DNA of 64,000 nucleotides from Hydrolagus colliei (Eukaryota). The notes below the pieces were generated by a model. That model did no database searches. It was not told where the DNA came from and saw only the letters and a list, made by a program, of their open reading frames with translations. The number at the start of each line of letters is the position of its first letter. Position 1 is the stretch's first letter. Both the position numbers and the translations under genes were made by a program. This document shows, in pieces, positions 1 through 10,464 of this stretch. Location of the stretch: contig CM068756.1 in NCBI GenBank assembly GCA_035084275.1, forward strand, positions 14,632,001-14,696,000, written 5' to 3'.

Positions 1-564
1 GACCCTCTCCCAGGGCAATTCCCCATTCCCCATTCCAGCAATCGCAAGTATGCTCAAATTAACTTATTAAACTTACAAACTTTGAGGGTTTTTTTACCGA
101 TTTTTTACCATGCGTGCTGAAATCTTTATTGGTAAGTAGCTATACAATATTCTGTTACTATTTAGTATATTATTAATATAGTATGTTTTAAAATAAGTAA
201 TTTTTTTGTGTTGGGTTTTCATTAACTTGACCCCTGATTATCTGGCACAGTTAATTGGTTGACACCCCCATCCCTCTCCCCCACCCCGCCCCACTCCCCA
301 CTGAGAGTGCCGGATAAACGGGCTTCTACTGTGTTTTCAACTTTAAACTTTCATTCCTTAAGTATTGTCATCAAGTTTCCAATTAACACGTGTTGGAGGG
401 CTCCGGCAGGTCTCCATCGATGAATGAAACAGATCAGTTTAAAATGTGCATTTACTGTGGATTTGTATTATTAATTAATTTCCATATGATTATCTGGGAG
501 GCGTCTTATCGCTATTTTAACTTCTGTTATTTGCATTGAAGGAATCCTTTGTTTTTTTCCACAG

Positions 565-873
565 TTTCTCCAACTTCACCGAAGATTTCCCGCAGGGTCG
601 TTGGAGATGAATCTGAAACTCTGGCTCTTGTGTGTGAAACAGCCGGGTTTTACCCCGAGAATCTCAACCTCACTTGGTATAAAAATGGCACTGAAATTAC
701 AACTGGAATAAATACTACTAACAAGCAGAGTTTGGATGGATTGTATGAAGCTTCCAGCTCTATGGTAGAGACACAGGCTGTTCAGAACGGTGTTGTTTAT
801 ACCTGTCAGATATCACATCTCAGTTTACAGACTCCAATCATTGCCAACTACACGGTTGTCCTTCCTGACACGG
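565..873 (+). CDS. R1 C1-set Ig domain exon
   Basis: LVCETAGFYPENLNLTWYKNG...DGLYEASS...YTCQISH shows the C1-set pattern; acag| acceptor, G|gtaggt donor, phase 1-1. Confidence 0.95.
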
Positions 874-3800
874 GTAGGTTATCAATAATATACTCTCAAT
901 TAGATTTAATTACATTCCTACAGGAATATTTCATTGCACCCATTCATACCACAAAGTATCATCAAATAATTTGCGAGAAGTATTTTTGAAATCTATTTAA
1001 TGTAAGAAGTTTTAAATTGTCATTATACGAGCTACGTCAGAATATATTACTATGCAAGTAAAAAAAAGTTTATATACCTGCTATCACCTCTGGTTGATGA
1101 CCATCTCAACAAAACACCCAATATTCAAATTACAGATTACAAGGTGCTAAGATTACATGAGTAATTTGAAGAATAAATATTATGGACTATCCATAGAATC
1201 ATTTTTTCTGTTTGTTTGCGAATAAAGATGAGTATTTTAATAGTATCTTACCACTTGATTTCCTTGTGACAATTTTTTAATGCGGATATTGTTGTCATAC
1301 TTTCCAGGTCTCTGTTAGTTGTGTGCTTTTTCTGATGTTGACAGTTAATTTCACTCTGGTCAGGGCTAGTATCAGGATCTCAGCCTCTGCAAAGAAGTGC
1401 TGAAGGTTTCAGCGTTTTACTGTACTGGGTAGTGAAGGAAAATATGATTCAAAAGAGTTTGCATACACGAGGATGGAAGCTATTACAGTAGCTACAAATA
1501 TCTGCCCCTCTGAAAAATAATTAACTGCAGTACTTCAATAATTACATATTAATCTCCATTCATGTTCAGCTATATTGTTATTGCTATGAAAGGGAGGACT
1601 AATTTAATTTATTATTTGAGGCCGGAAAGCCGCATTCCATAGATAAGGTCACAGGAAAAGAATGATGATTTCCAATAGAATAAATTGTCACGCTTACATA
1701 AAAACATTCATTCTGCATTGTTCAGCTCCTGAAACGAAAGATGATTACAGTGCTTGGAAAATAAGTGAATTACATGCTCAATATGGTGCAACTTCATTGC
1801 TTGGTTTTATCATTCGTTTAGATCTCATTGCTCTGTTCCATTATTTAAAAATCGCTGGATATGCAGGAGGTGCGTTTGCATTTCTGCTGCTTCTCATTCT
1901 CATTGCAAAGCGAAGCCACCTAAGGAAAAAGACTGGTAAGTAATATTCTCTTTGTATTCAGATAAATTAAAACTTTGATTAAGGTCAATATCTCCTTGAG
2001 TGAGAGGATTCTCCCAATTTGAACTGCGCCAACTATTATTCATTTATGATAATTTAATTCGATGCATGTTTGCATCAATTTTCATTGCCCAACATATGTC
2101 CGAAACCTATTTTGATGTATCCAGTGTTTGCAGAAAATGTTCATATGTAACCATCTAAATTCATGTCAAGCAGGTGCGGTAGAATCTGTCTTTCATCGGT
2201 TGTGGCATGAATATTTCAAAACATAAGCCGAAGCCACAAAGAGAGGATGTTCCCAGCTTGACAAACAGCAAGGTTTGCTAGGCAGTACTGTCAATGACAA
2301 GCATTGGCGATTTAGCTGGTTAGACTGCAGTCATACTCCATTACAATAACTGACAATTGGCTGTGTATTTTGTGAGCAAAACGCTATCAATATAAATTTT
2401 CTTTTGTTTATACCGTGGCAATTAAGAACATATTTAATTTCTCCAATTTTAGATTCACAGAGCGTTGTGGATGGATCAGACCATCAAGGAGAGCAGGTAT
2501 TTAACATAGTTATATGTCAGGAAATATAGGTTGTGAAGTGCGATCATTGCGATGAAAACAGTTTGTTATTTCGGGGTAAGTGGGAACATTTTAGGTATAT
2601 TGCCCTTGAGCAATTATCCCATTTTTCTGCATCGTATCACTTGCACAATTATGAAGTGGCCGAGTGCAATGGAGCGCAGTTGGTAAAATTATAAATAGTG
2701 AAATGATATGTCTCCTTGTAAAATGTTTGCCATTGATATGCTCAAGAATTTAAAAAGGGAAGCTAAAGTTTATGTTTCCTCAGAAGGTTATGTTCAGTGT
2801 ATGAGCTATAGGCAGTAAAGGCAATAAAACAAACATGACAATACGTGTGTTTTATATATGGTTTAGGAAGCAGAAACTGAGATGGTGCCTTATGCTACAT
2901 TGGATTTGACCAGTTCCCAGAAAACTAGAAAACCCAAACTTCAAGAGGAGAGGACAGTGTACGCCCAGGTACAACTATAAAGAACACAAAATCTAAATAT
3001 AGAATTATTATTTCCAATGTAATATTTTCTGGAGTAAATATAGTAGGAATTTATTTGGTACATTTGATAATCTTTATATTATATAAGTCTGTTGGTGTTC
3101 TACTTGTTTATTTTCCATGTAAACTTGTAGATACAGTACTCCCTGTGCTAAACTGGGGTTCTTGGTTGGTGACCTAGACGCTCACAAATTGGTACAAATC
3201 ATCTGTATGTGAATGCTTAAATGGGTGTAATACACTTTACTCAGAGGGTAATAAACAACTGTAACAGATTGTCAGTAATGACTATTGGAACCAGGACACT
3301 GTACTAATGTTAATAATAATCCTTGCCTTTGATATAAATAATCGCCTTGCCAGCAAGAAACCTGGGTTCAATTCCAGGCATGGTGAACCCTTCGGAAAGT
3401 TTCCCTACTCCATATGCCGAATAATAATCCCTCGAAAAAAAACGAATAAATGGGTCTTTTCAAACTACGACTGTTTGTGGGATACTACTCTGTGCAATTG
3501 GATGCCACATTTCACACACAAAATATAGTTAATTCACTTTACAGTGTAACAAAAACAGAAATTGCTGGGAACGCTCAGCAGGTCAGGCAGCATCTATAGA
3601 GAAAGGAAAACAACTTCTGATGAAGACTCATGGACCCGAAATGTAGGCTCACTTTTCCTTTCTCCATAGATGCTGCCTGACCTGCTGAGTGTTCCAAGCG
3701 ATTTCTGTTTTTCTTTCAGATTTTCAGCATCTGCAGTATTTTCCATTTTCACTTTACAGTGTATTTTGTGAAGTGCTTTGAGATGTTCCGAAAGGGTGAG

Positions 3801-5483
3801 AAGGTGCTGTACAAATGCAAGCATTATTATTTATTATGCTACTCAAGGATACAGAGTTTATTTGCAGTTAGCTCAAATTGTGGATGTTGCTTGACTTTTA
3901 TTAATAATTTGTATAATAATCCTTGCATTTAATATAGCCTCCTTCATATCACCTTCTTATAATTTTATGGCAAAGTGTAAAGACTTTATTTCGTAGTCAA
4001 CTTTATTTTATTTTCTATGCAGTTGAGTTCTGTTACCTCTGAGCAATTAATTTACCAACTGAGTTGAAGGGAAAGATGCAGATGTAATAAATACTTTCTA
4101 ACGAAAATTGTATAGTTTGACAAAAAGTCTACCAGCTAAATTGAAAATATCCTCTTCACAGACCAAGCAAGGGGCAGCCGATAACAAGATGTCATATAGT
4201 ACGCTGGACTTGTCTGGCTCACAGAGAAACGTGAAACCTAAACGCAGCAATCCCAATATGCAGGTTGCACAGCTACAAGTGAGTAACAACGGTGGAGTAG
4301 TAGAGGTCAATAGAAAATAATCAAGAACTTTGTAATATTGCAAAAAAAAGGTGCCGCCACAAATTATTGGCATGCATATTGATTGTATCCCATGAAATAA
4401 TAATAATCCTTGCATTTGATGTAGCGCTTTTCACGTCTTTGTGATGTCTCAAAGCACTTCACAGAATATAGTGTAAAGTGAATTGACTGTAAATATATGG
4501 GTGAAACGCAGCAGCCAATTGCACACAGTGTCCCACAAACAGTTGTGGATTGAAATTACCCCACAAAATTTGAGGGATTATTAGTAGTCGAGTGGAATAA
4601 GGAAACTTGCCCAAAGTTTCACCCTGTCTGGAATTGAACCCTGGTATCTCATTTGTAAGGCAAGTAATCTAACCATTGAGCTATAGGATTCTAAATATAT
4701 GAGTTGCCGCATTTGGTGCCATGATATGTGGCCATTTTATTATCACCATCACCCACAGAAAAAGTTCTTTGGTGTCTCTTCTTTTTAAGAGTTTTCAAAC
4801 AACATAAAAGCAAATCACAGCAAAAACATATTTCAAAATGGATTGTTTAATCTGCACAGTTTTGATTATTCAGCTTGGTGCACTTAAGTGCTGTGAGACT
4901 AATATTATTATTATATTTATTATTATTATATATGAGATGCCATCCAGCGTGGAGGGCACTATATAAATCATGTTGTTGTTGTTGGTAGACCTCAGTTAGA
5001 AGATTAAATCCTACGTGGGGACTTTCAACTCACATTCTGGATGACACATTAAACTTAAATTCTGTCTGCCTGTTCAAGTTGACTCACGTTTTTTCGTGGT
5101 GTTTCTGCAGTGTTCTGGTCCGCAACTCCCAATTTTGATTTTAAAACTCTTGTTTACTTCAAAGCTGTTTGTGGGACATTGCTTTGGAAAATAGGCTGCC
5201 ATGTTTATTGTGAGTAATTTCACAATAATATCCTATGACGCCTTTCCAAGAGAAAGAAAATAAAGTTAATCAATGTTTTGTAACAGTTTTGTACGGCCGC
5301 GAAAAAAACACATATTGGTAATCCAAATAATTGGCTTCACAGACTATGCAAGCCTCAGATGGAAATAAATTGACCTACGTTACTCCAGATCTCGCTTGTT
5401 TGAAGAAGACGAAAAAGGCAAAATGTAGCAAAGCTGCAGAATATGCTGAGGTACAAGTGGGAGCCAACGGAACAGCAGCGTAG
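565..5483 (+). CDS. R1: inhibitory SIRP-like Ig-superfamily receptor, 5'-partial (leader and V exons lie upstream of the window)
   Basis: Spliced model: C1 565-873, TM 1822-1935, linker 2453-2496, Tyr-module exons 2867-2968 (or read-through to TAA 2980), 4162-4278, 5343-5483. All junctions are GT/AG with compatible phases; AATAAA at 5545. Confidence 0.85.
1822..1935 (+). CDS. R1 transmembrane exon (uncharged)
   Basis: DLIALFHYLKIAGYAGGAFAFLLLLILIAKRSHLRKKT; tttag| acceptor, G|gtaagt donor; paralogous to the R2 and R5 TM exons. Confidence 0.9.
2453..2496 (+). CDS. R1 44-nt cytoplasmic linker exon
   Basis: DSQSVVDGSDHQGEQ; same length (44 nt) and phase (1-0) as the linker exons of R2 and R5. 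Confidence 0.8.
2867..2980 (+). CDS. R1 Tyr module 1 (ITIM VPYATL + ITSM TVYAQV)
   Basis: EAETEMVPYATLDLTSSQKTRKPKLQEERTVYAQVQL*; possible internal donor CAG|gtacaa after 2968. Confidence 0.9.
   Translation, partial: EAETEMVPYATLDLTSSQKTRKPKLQEERTVYAQVQL
3342..3836 (+). mobile_element. tRNA-derived Deu-type SINE interrupted by a hairpin insertion
   Basis: Family-consensus head (GGTTCAATTCC B-box), tgtgggatactactctgtgcaattgg core and L2-like tail; 16-bp duplication at 3533-3548 and 3748-3763. Confidence 0.8.
3549..3747. mobile_element. Penelope-like terminal palindrome / hairpin element with degenerate hammerhead core
   Basis: ~60-bp inverted arms at 3551-3610 and 3652-3712; CTGATGA at 3617-3623 and CGAAA at 3637-3641 in the loop. 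Confidence 0.6.
4162..4278 (+). CDS. R1 Tyr module 2 (MSYSTL; second Tyr replaced by Val)
   Basis: TKQGAADNKMSYSTLDLSGSQRNVKPKRSNPNMQVAQLQ; ttcacag| acceptor, CAA|gtgagt donor, phase 0-0. Confidence 0.75.
4396..4691 (-). mobile_element. tRNA-derived Deu-type SINE
   Basis: Full head-core-tail match to the other copies; (ATT)n tail. Confidence 0.85.
5343..5483 (+). CDS. R1 Tyr module 3 / terminal exon (LTYVTP degenerate, AEYAEV)
   Basis: TMQASDGNKLTYVTPDLACLKKTKKAKCSKAAEYAEVQVGANGTAA*; ttcacag| acceptor; AATAAA at 5545-5550. Confidence 0.75.
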   Translation, partial: TMQASDGNKLTYVTPDLACLKKTKKAKCSKAAEYAEVQVGANGTAA

Positions 5484-5744
5484 GCCACCTTCAGCTGAAG
5501 TCAAGTAATGCTATTTGTTATTAGTGTCTGTCGGTTATTTAGAGAATAAATATTCCCTAACCTGTAGCTACTTTATATTACAAATCAAAGTTATTTTTCT
5601 AAAAAAAACTTCAATTATTGGTATTCTTATTTTAGATTTTGTTTTTTAGAAAATATTGCCAGGCACAATCTATATTATTACATTTGATTGCAAATAAATA
5701 TACTGTCTCGTGCAAGTTAGGCAATGATTCTAAAGATAACCCCT

Positions 5745-6300
5745 GGTCACCTCACAGCTGGACTATGCAAATGCCCTCCTCGCCGGTCTCCCCTCCACCA
5801 CAATCCATAAAATCCAACTCATCCAAAACTCTGCCACCCGCATACTCACCCGCACCAAACTTCACTCCACCATTACCCCAGTCCTTACCAGACTTCATTG
5901 GCTCCCTATCCCAGAGAGGATTGACTTCAAGATCCTCACCCTCGTCTTCAAATCCCTCCACCCCCCTACCTCTCTGACTTCTCTCCTCAAACCAGCTCCC
6001 TTTGCCTTTGCTCCATTTGTCTGACCTCCTCCATGTCCCCCGAATCCTCCGCTTCCACCCTCGGCGGCTGTACCTTCAGCCACTATTGCCCCGAGGCTCT
6101 GGAATTCCCTTCCTCACTACCTTCGCCTCGCCCCCTCTTTTCTCAGCTTCAGGTCACAGGTGAAGACCTTTCTTTTTGACCGCCCCTTTGGTCACCTTTC
6201 TACCCCTGCCCCTGGCTCGGTCCCGGGATCTGCTATTGTGAAGCGCTCTGAGACGCTATCCGGCATGGAGGGCGCTATAAATATCAAAGTTGTTGTTATT
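5745..6300 (+). mobile_element. L2-clade LINE 3' fragment
   Basis: Degenerate IQNSA / HWLP..RIDFKIL / KTFLFD coding remnants; stem-loop and (GTT)n tail. Confidence 0.8.
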
Positions 6301-6318
6301 GAATTGTGCAACAATTGT

Positions 6319-6622
6319 GGAGTCCTGCAGCTCAGTGATTAGAGCACTCGCCTTCCAAGTAAGAAACCTGGGTTCGATTCCAGACAGAGCTAAACCTTGG
6401 GCAAGTTTCTTTTCTCCACACATCTGATAATAATGCCCTAAAAAAAATTGGCCATTTTCAATCCATGACTTTTTGTGGGATACATACTGTTGTGTGCAAT
6501 TGGCTGTCGTGTTTCACCCACAATATATACAGTCAATTCACTTTACAGTGTATCTTACGAAGCACTTTGAGACATCTAGAAGAAATGAAAAGCACTGTAT
6601 CAAATGCACGCATTATTATTAC
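6319..6622 (+). mobile_element. tRNA-derived Deu-type SINE
   Basis: ggagtcctgcagctcagtgattagagcactcgcc head, GGTTCGATTCC B-box, shared tail. Confidence 0.85.
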
Positions 6623-9274
6623 TATCAATAATAATCATTGCGTTAGATGTAGTACCTTATCACATTGTCAGAAGCTTTTATGAAGCTTCATGTGATTTAT
6701 TTAAAGTGTAGTGACTGTGTATTTGCCAGAGAATGAATGTACTATATTTAGAAATTGAACATTGTCACAACCAAAATTGTAGGTTCACACACCACATTGG
6801 GACTTTCAAACCACAGCCTAGGCCTTTGGCTGGCACTGTGCTCAAGGTGCAGCTCTTCGGAAGAGAAGTTGTGTGTTAATATTAAAGATACCATGACACT
6901 GTTCCAAATGAGAAGCAAATTTCTCCTGATGTCCTCAATATTCCCCAAATAAAATTAGTCACTCACTTCATGGCTGCTTTGAATGTTACTGTGCTGGTTG
7001 CTCCTTTGACCAGAAATTCACAGTCATTGCAGTTTACAAATGTTTGGAATCATACTTTATCTTGCTTAACAACAATTTAATAAAGATGAGTTTGCAGCAA
7101 ATCGTGTTGCCTTCTCTTTGCCTGTTACTTTCTCTTTTCAACACAAAAGTTCAGCTCAAAAACAGTGTAACAACTGTGAAACAATGCATTTACCACAATG
7201 AAAAGGTTAAGGTGTGGGCGTTTTAATGATCAGTAACCTGCTGATATATATTTAACCAACAAAACTAACCGAGCTCCAATTATGTTACCATATTTCATCA
7301 CAAAAGTCACAACCTCACCCGCGCTTCGCTCGCTCAGACTAAGTATAGAAAACCTATATTAAATTCAGCTTGTGGTGAATGACTATTAGGCAATTTTTCC
7401 ATTGTTGGTGCAGCAACACTTATCCGCTCACATTGTAAGAGTGAGCTCATTGTTTGCAACTTCGAGTGTGTTGTTTCACTCTCAGTGAAGTCTGAATTGT
7501 ACAGTTTGTTAACAGAATTTATAACTCTTATTTTAAGTTTCTGCAGATGGAGGAAAATAGATTTCCTGATTCTTTTAGAATTGCTGCAGTGAAATTAGTT
7601 GAATATTACACTGAACTTTAATTCCTCGGGGCTTAAACAGACACTGTATCAGTGGTGATACAGTATGATTCCAAAAGGTACAATGTGGACAATTACTTTA
7701 ACTCAGTTTGCCGGAAGAAAACGGATAAAGTGAAGTGGAATCAAATTAAAGTGTTCCATGTTCCTAAATATTCTTTGGAAAAAGGCTTGACCTTTGACGA
7801 ATGCAAATTCTGTGCTACAAACAATTCAATTCTATTCTAACATGTAACGTTAGAGGCAGAATGGAAATTTTTACAATATAATAACACCATTTGTGTCAGC
7901 CAGAGGTTACAGCTCAATAAACTGCAGGGAAATACATACTTTCATTGAGGGCAACAGTAAAGGGGTGAAAGAAAGACTTAGTTGTGGAATGGAAGCCTGA
8001 AGGAGACAGATAAGAATTCAAGAAATACAATGCTTAGATGCCATTACTGGTGTTTCTAAGTAAGGAACATTTATATAGTTCTTCAGTACAGCAGTCAAGC
8101 CTCTGGAGGACTCCTTGTAATCTAAAAACGGAATCAAATGAAGTTGAAGTACCATAACTACAAGTTAGGCGCTGACTGTTTGATGATGGGAACAGTTGTA
8201 ATCCTCAGCCGGTCTAATAAAAACCTACAAGGAATACCATCTTCGACTTAGGAAACCATTCTATACTCATCCCACAAGATCTTACTTCTGCAAGTAACTA
8301 TTGTCATGGCTATTACATTCAGTTCACTTTGGCTCTTTGATCTCTGAAAATCCATCAACCACACTCTTTCACAGGCCAGGACAATTCTTTACCCCAGACC
8401 TATTAATACAATGGGCGAATCATATGGCAATCTGATTCAACGCTCTGTGATGATACCCTGGGTGGAGAGCACTATGTAAGTTCAAGTTGTTGTTGTTAAA
8501 AACAAACCACCATTGAAATGTGTATTATTCTACTAAGGATCTGTTGTGAGACAGCTAAAAACCTAAGCAGCCCGATACCTAAAGAAGTAACTGAGACAAC
8601 AAAACTGAGAAATGCTGTCTCCACAGAAAAACTAGTAAATAACTGTAATAATCCAAGCTATTGAATGTTGATTATCCCCTCACTAACTTCAACGCCATGG
8701 TCAAAAGTAGCATGCTTACTATCACCTCATCTAAACAGAGCCCACTGTAATTTGAATCTAAAACATTCCAGTAAGTCTCTGTTTTAGAATTGCACATTTA
8801 CTATAAAAGTCATTCAATGATCTATCACTGAATAGTTTACCCAGCAATCTATACAAAGATAATGAATTATGCAAGCCAAACAATGATTTTACTATAGAAG
8901 CTTATTTACCATGTTCTCGACTCATTTTGAAAATTATTACAATAGATTTGTATGTCCAACCAAATTGAAGATGAAATCTAAAATAATATAAAAATCCATC
9001 ATTAAAAATGTAAACTAATAAAATTCTTAAAATATCACCACACTAAATACAGATTAAATATGTCACAACAAATTCATTATTTTAATTTTTGTGATTGTAG
9101 TTATCTTTTGCGCAACTTATTTATGTCTAAAATGTGCAATGCAAATAAATGATTCATCTTTTTGTTACTTCATGTACACTGTTTTTATTATGCGAATGTA
9201 AAGGGTTACATGTCACTTATTATATATTTGTTTTGTCCTTAACTTTGTGAAGGTCACCAACATGTGTACTATGT

Positions 9275-9586
9275 GCAGTCCTTTAGCTAGAGGTTTGAGC
9301 ACTCACCTTACAAGAGAGAGATCTGGGTTCATTTCCATACAGGGTGAAACCATGGGCAAGTTTCATTACTCCACATGCCTGGTAATAATCCCTCAAGATA
9401 ATTTTTTAAAAAAACTTTGGTCACTTCAATCCATGACTGTTTGTGGGACAGTTGTTCTCAATTGGCTGCTGCAATTACCAACATATTGTATACATAACCA
9501 TTTCACTTAACAATATATTCTGTGAAGCACTTTGAGACATCTAGAAGACGTGAAAAGCGCTATATCAAATAGAAGGATTATTATTA
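9275..9586 (+). mobile_element. tRNA-derived Deu-type SINE
   Basis: Head-core-tail match to the family. Confidence 0.8.
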
Positions 9587-9959
9587 ATTACACAAATTGT
9601 TCCATTCAGTCATTGATCTTCTACTCTCAGTGACAATTTATTACAATGTAAGCATCAGTTCCTGGAAAGATCTAACTTCTGGAGAGATGGCTTTAAAAGG
9701 ATTGCAAATATTTGAACCAAAATTCATCTCTCCATATTGTTTTTCTATAGATATATTTTTTAAAGCTAATTGTTTATTGTTTGCAAATTCTTTACAGTTG
9801 GTGATCTCAGACTAACACTACTAATTCTTTGTTCGAGTCACTGAGACATGCTTTCATTACGTCCAGGCTTCTCTATGCTAACTCTGCTTACCAGACTTTC
9901 CAGCTCCTCTCCAGACGAGCAACAGATTATTCAGAACTCTACAATGTGTGTCTTCCTCC

Positions 9960-10454
9960 ACATTAAGTGCATGAGGCTACAATCCGCATCCTCACCTGGT
10001 GCCACTGGACCCCATTTCCCACAGGATTGTGTTCAAGATACCCATTCTCACTTTTAAAGCCCTTCATTTTCTTGTTCCTCCCTGTTAATGGAACTACTAA
10101 ACCATTACAAATCTCCCCTGATGGGTTGGCAGTGGTTTGCTCTATGTCACGAACCCTACCTGCTCCAACATTGGGGTTTGGGTTTTCAACCTTTGTCCCA
10201 CCAACCTCTGGAACTCCACCCAACAGCACCCTCTGCTTCACCCTCTCCATTGCCTCCTTCAAGGTACATTTCAAGACCTTCTTTAGATGATGCCTTTGGT
10301 AATCCTTTCACCTCCAACCCCCCCCCCCTTAGCCTTTCATCCTTCTTGATTCCAACTACCAATTTGCATGCAAACGTTTCACTGTCCCACCTTGGGACAT
10401 ATTCCCAACGTGAAAGGCGATATATAAATAAAATGTCATGTATTTGTTGTTGTT
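9960..10454 (+). mobile_element. Old L2 3' fragment
   Basis: SFKVHFKTFF remnant and cttgggac...gtgaaaggcg...ttgttgtt tail. Confidence 0.7.
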
Positions 10455-10464
10455 CACATTGAAC

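Noticed and set aside
1726-1764. Separate 39-nt mini-exon before the R1 TM
   Set aside because: It would leave a 57-nt intron, below the usual vertebrate minimum, and has no counterpart in R2 or R5.
6319-6400. tRNA genes at SINE heads
   Set aside because: A/B-box-like heads run straight into the shared SINE body with no acceptor stem; they are SINE promoters.
7315-7435. Plasmid-like words (cgcttcgctcgctca; ttatccgctcaca resembling the lac operator)
   Set aside because: Matches of 13-15 nt only, embedded in unrelated AT-rich sequence, with no extended vector homology.
7652-7840. 62-aa ORF vaguely like a transposase remnant (KTDKVKWNQIKVF)
   Set aside because: No catalytic motif or terminal repeats recognised; a profile search would be needed.
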